Positions 19,683 through 29,353 of a DNA stretch of 64,000 bases are shown here, piece by piece. Made by a program: the position numbers and the translations under genes. Origin of the DNA: Faecousia sp. (lineage in GTDB: Bacteria; Bacillota; Clostridia; Oscillospirales; Oscillospiraceae); contig JAZSFE010000034.1 in assembly GCA_045532105.1 (NCBI GenBank), positions 11,186-75,185 of the forward strand. Direction: 5' to 3'. Position 1 is the first letter of the stretch. Every line of letters starts with the position of its first letter. Below the pieces are notes generated by a model. The model was not told the origin of the DNA and searched no databases. It saw only the letters and a program-made list of their open reading frames with translations.

Positions 19683-19756
19683 TGGAGCGGGTGACGGGAA
19701 TCGGACCCGCGTATCCAGCTTGGAAGGCTGGTGTTCTACCATTGAACTACACCCGC
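19683..19756 (-). tRNA. tRNA-Gly (TCC)
   Basis: GCGGGTGTAGTTCAATGGTAGAACACCAGCCTTCCAAGCTGGATACGCGGGTCCGATTCCCGTCACCCGCTCCA. Confidence 0.93.
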
Positions 19757-19788
19757 AGATCCACAAAATCGGCTGTTTCAGCTAGAAA

Positions 19789-19817
19789 ATTCTAGCACAG
19801 GAACAATCACTTGTCAA
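19789..19817 (-). promoter_or_regulatory. Sigma-A promoter of the Gly-Arg-His tRNA operon
   Basis: TTGACA-17 bp-TAGAAT, overlapping the end of the HAD gene. Confidence 0.75.
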
Positions 19818-20661
19818 GGCTTATTTTCAATATCTCCGGAATTTTTTCATAAATCACTTCTGCTACTGCTCCCTCGCCGCAAGGACACACATTGGGAAAT
19901 TCTGCGGCGATCACACCGTCCGACGGACAAAATGCATAGTCTGCACCCCGGAGCATGGTCAGATCATTTTCCGCATCTCCCACGCACACCAAAATCTTTC
20001 TTCCCAGGGTCTGCTGCAGCTCCCTTGCGCCACGCAGCTTGCTCACGCCCTTGGCATGCACATCCAAAATCCGGGGTGCAGCACGGAACGCATCCACCTT
20101 ATCCCCGTATTTTTCGTTAATCCAGCTCTCCAGTTCCTCCATACGGGCCATTTCCTCATCCGTACCGGTAAAGTACTGACCCATCTGGTCATTCACAGTT
20201 TTCCCAAATAAGGAGAATTTGATAAACGGGCCCACATCCATGCCCGGCCGGGCTTTGCCGTAATTCCAACCGCAGGCTTCGTAAAAATGCACAAAGCTTT
20301 CTTCAGCATGGTAAAAATAATGAATCCGATCTCCTTGAATCTCCAAATTCATTTCCGGAAACGCTTCGTGCACTTCCTCCATGGTTTTCCAAATATCCAA
20401 ATCAATGGTCTTTACCTGATGTAAGGATTTGGTCTCCGGGTCATAGGCTGCGCTACCGTTGTACAGCAAAAAGGGAGCATTCACCGGGATCATATCCAAC
20501 AGTGCGCCCATAGTATTGGTGCTGCGGCCGGTGTTCAGTGTAAATTTACCGCCATTTGCCGTAAAAAAGCGGATGGCTTCCAGATTGCGCTCGGGGATCT
20601 TGGAATCCGGACCGGTAAGAGTACGGTCAAAATCCACGGTCAGCAATACATCAGAAAACAT
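19807..20661 (-). CDS. Cof-type HAD-IIB hydrolase
   Basis: DFDRTL, NTGRS, NGS, KGVSK and GDAENDLTML; start placed at ATG after GAGGAG. Confidence 0.88.
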   Translation of the reverse strand: MFSDVLLTVDFDRTLTGPDSKIPERNLEAIRFFTANGGKFTLNTGRSTNTMGALLDMIPVNAPFLLYNGSAAYDPETKSLHQVKTIDLDIWKTMEEVHEAFPEMNLEIQGDRIHYFYHAEESFVHFYEACGWNYGKARPGMDVGPFIKFSLFGKTVNDQMGQYFTGTDEEMARMEELESWINEKYGDKVDAFRAAPRILDVHAKGVSKLRGARELQQTLGRKILVCVGDAENDLTMLRGADYAFCPSDGVIAAEFPNVCPCGEGAVAEVIYEKIPEILKISLDK

Positions 20662-20675
20662 GTTGCGAAAGCTCC

Positions 20676-21560
20676 TCACTCCAAAATATGCGCACCCTCA
20701 AATTCCAAATGCAACGGGATCATTTCCCAAGTCGCCTCGGTGATGGCATTTAGCTTCTTGGCAAGCTTTTCTTCCAAACCGGGATCCCGGGTGATGCAAA
20801 GCAGGGTCGGGCCTGCGCCGCTTAAGCAGAAAGCCGCGCCGGTGGTGCGGATCAAGCCTTCGATCTTTTCATAATCCGCGATCATGCTCTTGCGGTAAGG
20901 CTGATGAATGCGGTCCTGCATAGCGTTACGCAGCAGCTTTTCATCGCCCAATTCCAAGGCTTTCAGCACCATAGCACCATGAGAAATATTATACACCGCA
21001 TCTGCCCGGCTATACTGGGTGGGCAGCGCCTCTCTGGCCACGGTGGTAGGCAGATCAAAATCCGGCACCAGTGCCAAAAATTCCCAATCCGGGTGCAGGG
21101 GGAAGCTCACCGTCACCGGCAAGCCATTGTCCACCATAGAAGCGGTCAAGCCGCCAAAAAAGGCAGGAGCAAGGTTATCAGGATGGCCTTCCATGGCGTT
21201 GGTAATATTCAAAAGGCCCTGGGTGGACAGTTTATTGCCCCGAAGCACATTGGCGCCCATAGCACCCGCCACCAAAAGAGCGGCAGAAGAACCAAGTCCC
21301 CGACAAACAGGAATATCAGAGCGGATATGAATTTTTACACCGCGAACCTCCTCGCTCAAAGAATTCAGCACAGCGCAGTAGGAAGTATACGCCAAATTAT
21401 CCGGGCCGGCATAGGCCTCATCACAGCCGGTGATCTCCAGGCCGGAATCTGTTTCCTCAAAAGTCACATCCGTGTAAAGACTCAAAGCACAGCCAAAGGC
21501 ATCAAAGCCGGGGCCAAGATTCGCCGTGGTGGCAGGAACTCGAATGGTAACGCGTTTCAT
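20676..21560 (-). CDS. thrB: Homoserine kinase
   Basis: VPATTANLGPGFD, PVCRGLGSSAA, EGHPDN and SGAGPT. Confidence 0.96.
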   Translation of the reverse strand: MKRVTIRVPATTANLGPGFDAFGCALSLYTDVTFEETDSGLEITGCDEAYAGPDNLAYTSYCAVLNSLSEEVRGVKIHIRSDIPVCRGLGSSAALLVAGAMGANVLRGNKLSTQGLLNITNAMEGHPDNLAPAFFGGLTASMVDNGLPVTVSFPLHPDWEFLALVPDFDLPTTVAREALPTQYSRADAVYNISHGAMVLKALELGDEKLLRNAMQDRIHQPYRKSMIADYEKIEGLIRTTGAAFCLSGAGPTLLCITRDPGLEEKLAKKLNAITEATWEMIPLHLEFEGAHILE

Positions 21561-21576
21561 GGAATTCATCCTCTCT

Positions 21577-23022
21577 TTATAGCGATTGTACGAAGTGGAG
21601 CATATCGTCCTTGGCAATCACATCAGTATGCAGCTCCGGCATTTCCTTAAGGCCGGACAGATTCTTGGGTACAGGAACGCCTGTCAGCTCCGAAAGACGC
21701 TCCATCCGGGCAAATTCATCACCGGACAAGTCGCCACCCAAGGCAGCCAGTACTGCCGCGGGGAATTTATAAGCAGAAGCGGTGGCCAGCACAACTGTGG
21801 GGCGATCATCGCCGGTTTGGTTTACATAATCTTCTGCCACTGCCCAGCCTGTAGCAGTATGAGGATCACAAAGATACCCCTGCTCCCGGAAGACCTTATA
21901 GGTGGCCTTTGCTGCACCGGCATCGTCACAAAAGCCTGCCCAGAATCCGGTTTGGATCTCACGCAACAGCGCATCCGGCACGCGGTAGCAGCCTTCTGCA
22001 TCCAGCTGGCCCATGAGCTTAGCAACCAGTTCGGTATCGCCGCTCATCAGGTAAAGCAAACGCTCCAAATTGGAGGAGACCAAAATATCCATGGACGGAG
22101 AATCCGTTTTATACAAGGGTCTGCGCCGGTCATAAACACCGGTACGAATAAAGTCCGTAAGTACATTATTGGCATTGGATGCACAAATAAGCTTGCCCAC
22201 AGGAAGGCCCAACTTCTTGGCAAGATAACCTGCTAAAATATCACCGAAATTACCGGTGGGAACGCAGAAATTCACTTCCTGCCCCATAGTGATCCGGCCC
22301 GCGGCCAGCAGATCCCGATACGCCGTAAAATAATAAGTAATCTGAGGTACCAAACGGCCGATATTAATAGAGTTTGCAGAAGAAAGGCGGAAAGGCAGAT
22401 CGCCATCCTTGCAAGTGGAGAAGATCCGCTTCACGCCGGTCTGAGCATCGTCAAAATTGCCCTTTACCGCGCACACAGATACATTGTTGCCCTGCTGGCT
22501 CACCATCTGCCGACGCTGCACCTGAGAAACGCCGCCATCGGGATAAAACACACAAATGCGAATACCGGGCACGTCCTGGAAACCCACCAAAGCAGCCTTG
22601 CCGGTGTCACCGGAAGTTGCCGTGAGAATCATGATCTGCTCATCCTGCCCCTGAACCGCAGCCGCAGCGGTCATGAGCTGAGGCAGCATGGAAAGCGCCA
22701 CATCCTTAAACGCACTGGTAGGGCCGCGGAACAGCTCCAGCACATACATATCCCCTACCTGCACCGTAGGTGTCAGGTTATCTGTTTCAAATTTTCCTAC
22801 ATATGCATTACGCACCAATTTCCCCATTTGAGGAATATCCGGCAGAAAAGCGGAAAGGATCTTTTCTGCAATGGAAAGGGTATCCAGCTTCACACATTCC
22901 TGCCAATCCAGCACGGGAAGGCTCTTGGGAAGATAAAGACCGCCGTCCGGCGCAAGGCCCTGAAGCACCGCCTGAGCGCCGTTGATCAGGGGCGTATCAG
23001 ACCGGGTGGAATGATATTGCAT
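21577..23022 (-). CDS. thrC: Threonine synthase
   Basis: YHSTR, GLAPDGGLY, GPTSAFKD, ATSGDTG, SANSINIGR and PTGNFG. Confidence 0.96.
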   Translation of the reverse strand: MQYHSTRSDTPLINGAQAVLQGLAPDGGLYLPKSLPVLDWQECVKLDTLSIAEKILSAFLPDIPQMGKLVRNAYVGKFETDNLTPTVQVGDMYVLELFRGPTSAFKDVALSMLPQLMTAAAAVQGQDEQIMILTATSGDTGKAALVGFQDVPGIRICVFYPDGGVSQVQRRQMVSQQGNNVSVCAVKGNFDDAQTGVKRIFSTCKDGDLPFRLSSANSINIGRLVPQITYYFTAYRDLLAAGRITMGQEVNFCVPTGNFGDILAGYLAKKLGLPVGKLICASNANNVLTDFIRTGVYDRRRPLYKTDSPSMDILVSSNLERLLYLMSGDTELVAKLMGQLDAEGCYRVPDALLREIQTGFWAGFCDDAGAAKATYKVFREQGYLCDPHTATGWAVAEDYVNQTGDDRPTVVLATASAYKFPAAVLAALGGDLSGDEFARMERLSELTGVPVPKNLSGLKEMPELHTDVIAKDDMLHFVQSL

Positions 23023-23182
23023 AACTTCCTCCTCTAAAAAAGCCTTTTTCTTTGTCACATGCACAAAAGATAAGGTTTTTTTGAAAAATACTTGGTTTTT
23101 GATTGGGTATATGATATACTGTTTTCGGTGAAAAAGCAAGTGTTTTCCTTGATGACACATATTCTTTCAACGGAAGGAACGG

Positions 23183-24313
23183 ATGACGATTATGAAAATC
23201 GGTTTGCTGGGTTTTGGCGTTGTGGGACGCGGTGTTTATGAGATCGCTGCTGCAAGGCCCGATATGCAAGTGACCAAGGTAGTCTGCCTGGAAGATGTGC
23301 AGCTCCCCGACGCAGAGGTTACCAAGAATTTTCAAGATATTTTAGAGGATGCGACCATTGACACCGTGGTGGAAGCCATGGGCGGTCTGCACCCTGCTTA
23401 CGAATTTGTAAAAGCCGCTATTGAAGCCGGAAAGAATATCGTCTCCTCCAACAAGGCGCTGGTGGCCAGTTTTTACGAGGAACTGATCCCTCTTGCCCAG
23501 AGCAAGGGCGTATCCTTCCGCTGCACCGCTGCTGTAGGCGGCGGCATCGGCTGGCTCTCCGAGCTGGAACGCTCCCGCCGGGCGCAAAACATGGTTCGGG
23601 TGGGCGGCATTATGAACGGCACCTGCAACTATATTCTTGACAACATGACCCGCAAGGGTCTGACATATGCCGATGCACTGGCTCAGGCCCAAGCTTTGGG
23701 TTATGCTGAGGCCAACCCCGCCACAGACGTGGAGGGCATCGACACCTGGCACAAGGTCATCCTCTCCTCCAACATTGCTTTCGGCGTGCAGGCGGACAGA
23801 GACAGTGTTCCGGTTTGCGGCATTTCGAATATCACCGCAGAAGATGTATCCCGGTTTACTCAGCACGGCTATGTATGTAAGCTCATCTCCACCGGCAAAA
23901 AGACCGAGAACGGATATGAGATCTATGTGCAGCCTACCCTGTGCCCCCAGGGCACACCCGAGGCCGCTGTGCCCACGAATTTCAACCTGATTACCTTTGT
24001 GGGCGAGACCTCCGGCCGCATGAGTTTCTACGGCCAGGGCGCAGGCAGATACCCCACCGCATACAATGTGATACAAGATTGCATTGATGTGCTTCAGGGC
24101 AAGCAGTTTTACAGCCCCTGCGGCGAGGTCGTCCGCGCCGCCAACGAAGAAAAGCTGCGCTACTATGTCCGCGGCGGCAAGGATCTTCCTGCCAAGGCCG
24201 CAGAGCAATGGGATGACGCCGTGATCACCGAGCCTGTGGCTGTGAAGACTATCCATAGCTGGAAGAAAGAGAATCCCGATGCCTTTATCGCCGCTTTGGC
24301 AGACGAGGCTTAA
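23183..24313 (+). CDS. hom: Homoserine dehydrogenase
   Basis: GFGVVG, SSNK, GIMNGTCNYIL, GYAEANP..DVEGID and GQGAG..PTA. Confidence 0.93.
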   Translation: MTIMKIGLLGFGVVGRGVYEIAAARPDMQVTKVVCLEDVQLPDAEVTKNFQDILEDATIDTVVEAMGGLHPAYEFVKAAIEAGKNIVSSNKALVASFYEELIPLAQSKGVSFRCTAAVGGGIGWLSELERSRRAQNMVRVGGIMNGTCNYILDNMTRKGLTYADALAQAQALGYAEANPATDVEGIDTWHKVILSSNIAFGVQADRDSVPVCGISNITAEDVSRFTQHGYVCKLISTGKKTENGYEIYVQPTLCPQGTPEAAVPTNFNLITFVGETSGRMSFYGQGAGRYPTAYNVIQDCIDVLQGKQFYSPCGEVVRAANEEKLRYYVRGGKDLPAKAAEQWDDAVITEPVAVKTIHSWKKENPDAFIAALADEA

Positions 24314-24333
24314 GGAGAAAGAAGGAACAAAAG

Positions 24334-25653
24334 ATGCTAAAGGTTACGAAATTTGGCGGCTCCTCTATGGCAGACGCCGGTCAATATCAGAAGGTCCGGG
24401 ACATCCTGCTCAGCGACCCCTCCCGCAAGGTAGTTGTGGTATCTGCTGCCGGCAAGCGGGATAAAAACGACCACAAGCTCACCGACCTGCTGTACCTGTG
24501 CCATGCGCACACACAGTACGGCGTGGACTGCACTCCGGTCTTTGAAATGATCACCTCCCGGTATCTGCAAATTCGGGACGATCTGGGTGTAAAGCTGGAT
24601 CTGGAAACAGAATTTGCCGAACTGAAAAAGCGTCTGGACAGCAAATCCGTATCCCAGGATGAGTTAGTCAGCCGAGGCGAATATTTCTCTGCAAAGCTTA
24701 TGGCCGCGTACCTTGGTTTCCGCTTCGTGGATGCTGCCGATTGGATTAAGTTCCAGTTTGACGGCGAAGTAGACCGGGAAGCCTCCTATGCAGCGCTGAG
24801 CAAATTGGTCCTGCGCGGTCAAGGCGTTGTGATCCCCGGCTTTTACGGTGTTATGCCCGACGGCCATATCCGTACCTTTACCCGCGGCGGCAGCGATATT
24901 ACCGGTGCGCTGGCAGCTGCTGCACTGAATGCAGACGTTTACGAAAACTGGACTGACGTTTCCGGCATCCTCATGGCTGACCCCCGGATCGTGGAAAACC
25001 CCGAGGCCATCCCCGAAGTCACCTATGACGAATTGCGGGAGCTGAGCTATTCCGGCGCACAGGTGCTTCACGAGGGCACGATCCTGCCGGTGCGGGAAAA
25101 GAACATTCCTGTAAATATCCGCAACACCAACATTCCCGAGGATGTGGGCACGATTATTCAGGAGAGCTTTGATGCCGACTCCGATCCCAACCGCTTTATT
25201 ACCGGCATCACCGGCAAGAAAGACTTCACCATCATCAGCCTTTCCAAGCGGGGCATGAGCAACCAGGTGGGCGTGCTGCACAAGGTGCTCACCGTATTGG
25301 TTCGCCACGGCATCTCCGTGGACTATGTGCCCAACGGCATTGACAATGTGTCTGTGGTCATGCCCACTGAGACCATCACACCCCATCTGTACACTATTTT
25401 GGCTGAGATCCAGAAGGAAGTCGCCCCGGATACTTTGGAAATCCATGACGAGATCGCTGTGGTTGCCGCTGTAGGTCGGAAAATGGCTTTCCGCCCCGGT
25501 ATTTCCGGTAAAATCTTTGCCGCATTGGGCGAAGCAGGCATCAACATCCGCATGATCAACCAGGGCCCCGACGAATTGAACATCATCTTTGGTGTGGATA
25601 ATCAGGACTTCAAAAAGGCCATTCGGGTGCTGTACAACAGCTTTACCAAGTAA
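24334..25653 (+). CDS. Aspartate kinase
   Basis: KFGGSS, VVSAAGKR, RGGSDITG, WTDVSG and ACT domains. Confidence 0.94.
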   Translation: MLKVTKFGGSSMADAGQYQKVRDILLSDPSRKVVVVSAAGKRDKNDHKLTDLLYLCHAHTQYGVDCTPVFEMITSRYLQIRDDLGVKLDLETEFAELKKRLDSKSVSQDELVSRGEYFSAKLMAAYLGFRFVDAADWIKFQFDGEVDREASYAALSKLVLRGQGVVIPGFYGVMPDGHIRTFTRGGSDITGALAAAALNADVYENWTDVSGILMADPRIVENPEAIPEVTYDELRELSYSGAQVLHEGTILPVREKNIPVNIRNTNIPEDVGTIIQESFDADSDPNRFITGITGKKDFTIISLSKRGMSNQVGVLHKVLTVLVRHGISVDYVPNGIDNVSVVMPTETITPHLYTILAEIQKEVAPDTLEIHDEIAVVAAVGRKMAFRPGISGKIFAALGEAGINIRMINQGPDELNIIFGVDNQDFKKAIRVLYNSFTK

Positions 25654-25676
25654 GTCTTGTATTTGGAGGAAACAAC

Positions 25677-26681
25677 ATGAAAACCTATACCGTTGCTGTC
25701 CTGGGCGCTACCGGCGCTGTAGGACAGGAAATGATCAAAATTTTGCAGGAGCGCAACTTCCCTGTTAAGGAGCTGATCCCTCTGGCCAGCGCCCGCAGCG
25801 CAGGAAAGACCCTGCAGTTTCAGGGCCGGGACGTTGTGATCCGGGAAGCCTGCGACGAGGCCTTTTCCGATGTGGACATCGTGCTGGGCGCAGCAGAAAA
25901 TGACATTGCCCAGAAATTTGCCCCGGCCATTGTAAAAGCCGGCGCCGTGTTTGTGGACAATTCTTCTGCTTTCCGCATGGATCCCAAGGTGCCCCTGGTT
26001 GTGCCCGAGGTCAACCCCGAAGATGTAGCTTGGCACAATGGCATTATCTCCAACCCCAACTGCTCCACCATCATCACCCTTACAGCAGTCAATGCCCTGA
26101 ACACCATTGCTCCCATCCGCACCATGACCGCATCTACCTACCAGGCGGTATCCGGTGCAGGTGCAGGCGGCCCTGTAGAGCTGATGAACGAGGTAGAGGC
26201 CCTGCGGGAGGGCAAGACCTACGAGCCCAAGGTATTCTCCCATCAGATCGCCTACAACCTCATCCCCCAGATCGGCGGCGAAAGCTTTGAAGGCTACACC
26301 AGCGAAGAAATGAAGATGCAGAACGAAGGCCGGAAGATCATGCACCTGCCGGAGCTGAAGGTAACCTGCACCTGTGTGCGCGTGCCTGTAGTGCGCAGCC
26401 ACTCCATTTCCGTTTCCTGCCACTTTGATGTTCCCGTTACCGTGGAGCAGGTCAGAGAGGTTCTCAGCAAGGCACCCGGCGTAAAGCTGGTTGACGATCT
26501 TTCCAAGAAGATGTACCCCATGCCTTTGGACACTTCCGATCAGGACATCGTTTTTGTGGGTCGTATCCGCCCGGATCTCACTGACGAGCACGCTGTGGCT
26601 CTGTGGTGCTGCGGTGACCAGGTGCGCAAGGGCGCTGCCACCAACTGCATCCAGATCGCAGAACTTCTCATTAAAGAATAA
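25677..26681 (+). CDS. asd: Aspartate-semialdehyde dehydrogenase
   Basis: GATGAVG, DNSSAFRM, NPNCST, STYQAVSGAG and DQVRKGAA. Confidence 0.97.
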   Translation: MKTYTVAVLGATGAVGQEMIKILQERNFPVKELIPLASARSAGKTLQFQGRDVVIREACDEAFSDVDIVLGAAENDIAQKFAPAIVKAGAVFVDNSSAFRMDPKVPLVVPEVNPEDVAWHNGIISNPNCSTIITLTAVNALNTIAPIRTMTASTYQAVSGAGAGGPVELMNEVEALREGKTYEPKVFSHQIAYNLIPQIGGESFEGYTSEEMKMQNEGRKIMHLPELKVTCTCVRVPVVRSHSISVSCHFDVPVTVEQVREVLSKAPGVKLVDDLSKKMYPMPLDTSDQDIVFVGRIRPDLTDEHAVALWCCGDQVRKGAATNCIQIAELLIKE

Positions 26682-26686
26682 AACAT

Positions 26687-26713
26687 ACAGCCTGCTGATG
26701 ATCAGCAGGCTGT
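26687..26713. terminator. Bidirectional terminator
   Basis: ACAGCCTGCTGAT-G-ATCAGCAGGCTGT. Confidence 0.75.
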
Positions 26714-26718
26714 TTTAT

Positions 26719-27867
26719 TTAACCTTTTGCCATGGCAATATGCCGCAGCACTATCAGAAAAAGGTCACCCCAGCTTAGCCGGGCCACGCCCTCCTGCGCC
26801 ACGATGGGCACTTGCTTTAATACCTGCTCCCCCACCTTGACAGTCAGCGTTCCCAAACGCTGTCCCTTACTCACGGGGGCGGTGACAGAGGATTCAAGCT
26901 CCGTCTTAATGTTTACCTGATTGACCTGAGCCTTATCCACCAGCAGGCTGGTGGTCTCCGCGGGAACAGCAGTGACTTCACTTTCTTTTCCCAAAATCAC
27001 CGGTACTTTTTGCTCCCCTTGAAGCTCCGGGGTCACCAGCGCATAATTGGCAAAGCCATAATCCAGCATGGCTTTACACGCAGCGAACCGGTCCTGAGAA
27101 CTTTCCGCTCCCATGACCACCGCCACCAACCCCAGGCCATCTCGCTGAGCAGTAGCCGACAAGCAATAACCCGCCCCAGAGGTAAACCCGGTCTTTAACC
27201 CCGTTGCACCGGGATAAAACCGCACTAGTTTGTTGGTATTGGCAAGGCCAAATGCACCGCCGCGCACAGTGTCCATCCAGATAGTAGTGAATTTTTGAAT
27301 GTCCGGGTGATTAAGCATCAACTCTCTGGACATTACCGCAATATCGTAAGCAGAGGTCAGATGTTCCTTGGCGCTGGCGTCATCATCCAGCCCTGTGCAG
27401 TTGACAAAATGGGTATCGTCCATACCCAGTTCCTTTGCCCGGGCATTCATCTGCTCCACAAAAGCACTTTCCGAGCCGGCAAGATGCTCCGCCATGGCGC
27501 AGGCACAGTCATTAGCCGAGGATACGGCAATGGACTTGACCATATCCGAGACAGTCATGGTTTCCCCTACTTTCAGATAGATCTGACTCCCGCCCTTAGC
27601 TGCAGCAGTCTCCGACGCTGTGACTGTATCATCCCACTTGATCTTCCCGGAATCAATGGCCTCCATGATTAGCAGCATGGTCATGACCTTTGTCACACTG
27701 GCAGGCGGCAGAGCCTCGTGAGCATTTTTCTCATACAAAACCGTTCCTGTTGCCATATCCATAAGCAACGCACTCTTCCCGGCGACCTCCGGCTGCGCTG
27801 CCCGGGCCTGTATTGGCAGCATTGTCAAAAGCAAACATATTACGACCACGATTCCCAACCGTTTCAT
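26719..27867 (-). CDS. D-alanyl-D-alanine carboxypeptidase (DacF-like, peptidase S11)
   Basis: Signal peptide; SVTK, SAN and KTG motifs; C-terminal PBP5 domain. Confidence 0.92.
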   Translation of the reverse strand: MKRLGIVVVICLLLTMLPIQARAAQPEVAGKSALLMDMATGTVLYEKNAHEALPPASVTKVMTMLLIMEAIDSGKIKWDDTVTASETAAAKGGSQIYLKVGETMTVSDMVKSIAVSSANDCACAMAEHLAGSESAFVEQMNARAKELGMDDTHFVNCTGLDDDASAKEHLTSAYDIAVMSRELMLNHPDIQKFTTIWMDTVRGGAFGLANTNKLVRFYPGATGLKTGFTSGAGYCLSATAQRDGLGLVAVVMGAESSQDRFAACKAMLDYGFANYALVTPELQGEQKVPVILGKESEVTAVPAETTSLLVDKAQVNQVNIKTELESSVTAPVSKGQRLGTLTVKVGEQVLKQVPIVAQEGVARLSWGDLFLIVLRHIAMAKG

Positions 27868-27918
27868 AGTGGACCCTCCTGAAATTCTAGGTGGTACAGC
27901 CTATGCGCCTTGTCCATA

Positions 27919-27954
27919 AAAAGAACCGCACCCGAAGAATCGGGTGCGGGTTTT
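27919..27954 (-). terminator. Terminator after sigA
   Basis: CCGCACCCGA-AGAA-TCGGGTGCGG flanked by A and T runs. Confidence 0.7.
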
Positions 27955-27955
27955 A

Positions 27956-29101
27956 TTAGCAATAAAAATCCTTGATCTTCTTCGCCCGGCTGGGATGGCG
28001 GAGCTTCCGGATCGCCTTATTCTCGATCTGGCGGATTCGTTCTCTGGTAACGCCGAAGATCTGACCCACCTCTTCCAAGGTGTGGGTACGGCCGTCGTAC
28101 ATACCGAAACGCATACGCAAAACATCTGCCTCACGCTCGGTAAGCGTATCCAGAATTTCCTTCAGCGCCTCAGCAAGCAGAGCATTGGAAGTAGCGTCTG
28201 CCGGACCGGGAGTACGCTCGTCCTCCACGAAAGAACCGATGGAAGTATCTTCCTCATCACCCACAGGGGTATCCAGAGAAAGGGTGTCCGCCGCGGTACG
28301 GTTGGCCTCAATGATCTTCTCCACAGGCAGGTTCAGCTCAGCAGCGATCTCCTCCACAGTGGGTTCGCGGCCCAGCTCCTGTACCAGCTTGCGGTTGCAG
28401 CGGGTGGCCTTGTTGATCACCTCTACCATATGCACCGGCACACGAATGGTCCGGGCCTGGTCTGCAATGGCACGGGTAATAGCCTGCCGGATCCACCAGG
28501 TAGCATATGTAGAGAATTTATTTCCCTTTGTCCAGTCAAACTTGTCCACCGCGCGGATCAAACCCGTATTGCCCTCCTGGATCAGATCCAGAATGTGCAG
28601 GCCGCGGCCGGAATATTTCTTTGCAATGGAGACCACCAGCCGCAAGTTCGCCTCAGTAAGCTTGTTTTTCGCATCCTGGTCGCCCTCGCAGACCTTCTTA
28701 GCCAATTCTACTTCCTCATCCGCAGAAAGCAACCGTACCTGACCGATCTCCTTCAGATACATACGCACCGGATCGTCCAGATTATACTCTGCCGCCAGAT
28801 CCACAGGATCCACCAGTTCCTCTTCTTCCAGATCGGACAGATCAATATCATCGTCCACATCGTCATGAAGATCCAGGTCGTCCCCCAGCTCTAGCTCCGC
28901 AGAAAGGATCTGAATGTTCATGGCCTCAAAACGGTCATAGATCTCTTCGATTTTTTCTGCAGAAAGGTCCATTCTCTCCAGCAGGGTATGCAGTTCCTCT
29001 GCCTGGATCATGCCCTCCTTGCGGCCCTTAATGATCAAAGCCTGCAGTGCAGATTGCAGCTCCTCCTGAGATTTCATCTCAGGTTTCTTTGCATTGCTCA
29101 A
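27956..29101 (-). CDS. rpoD: RNA polymerase primary sigma factor
   Basis: [51 protein letters not shown] and [10 protein letters not shown]; TTG at 29101 follows a GAGGGG RBS (alternative ATG at 29137 has no RBS). Confidence 0.95.
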   Translation of the reverse strand: MSNAKKPEMKSQEELQSALQALIIKGRKEGMIQAEELHTLLERMDLSAEKIEEIYDRFEAMNIQILSAELELGDDLDLHDDVDDDIDLSDLEEEELVDPVDLAAEYNLDDPVRMYLKEIGQVRLLSADEEVELAKKVCEGDQDAKNKLTEANLRLVVSIAKKYSGRGLHILDLIQEGNTGLIRAVDKFDWTKGNKFSTYATWWIRQAITRAIADQARTIRVPVHMVEVINKATRCNRKLVQELGREPTVEEIAAELNLPVEKIIEANRTAADTLSLDTPVGDEEDTSIGSFVEDERTPGPADATSNALLAEALKEILDTLTEREADVLRMRFGMYDGRTHTLEEVGQIFGVTRERIRQIENKAIRKLRHPSRAKKIKDFYC

Positions 29102-29145
29102 GTTTTTTCGCCCCTCTTTTTCTTCGTTGTTTGTCATGCCGTTAG

Positions 29146-29174
29146 ACTATATATCGAATTTTCCCTTTTGACAA
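29146..29174 (-). promoter_or_regulatory. Promoter of rpoD
   Basis: TTGTCA-17 bp-TATAGT. Confidence 0.65.
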
Positions 29175-29269
29175 GGGTTTTTACAAATTTATTTTCAAAT
29201 TTCGCCGGTTTCGGCGGTTTTTGTCGCCACCTGAGCACAGTTTTCCCGGAAAATGCCGAAAACATACAG

Positions 29270-29298
29270 TTTACTTTTCCGGAAAAATTCGATATAAT
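29270..29298 (+). promoter_or_regulatory. Promoter of lepA-hemW
   Basis: TTTACT-17 bp-TATAAT. Confidence 0.65.
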
Positions 29299-29353
29299 AG
29301 GCAAATAATGGCGCATAGCAAAACCCAAAGAGAACCAACGAGGTATGAAAGAT

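Noticed and set aside
23023-23182. Possible T-box or lysine riboswitch between thrC and hom
   Set aside because: The gap is a short AT-rich divergent promoter region with no T-box or aptamer motifs.
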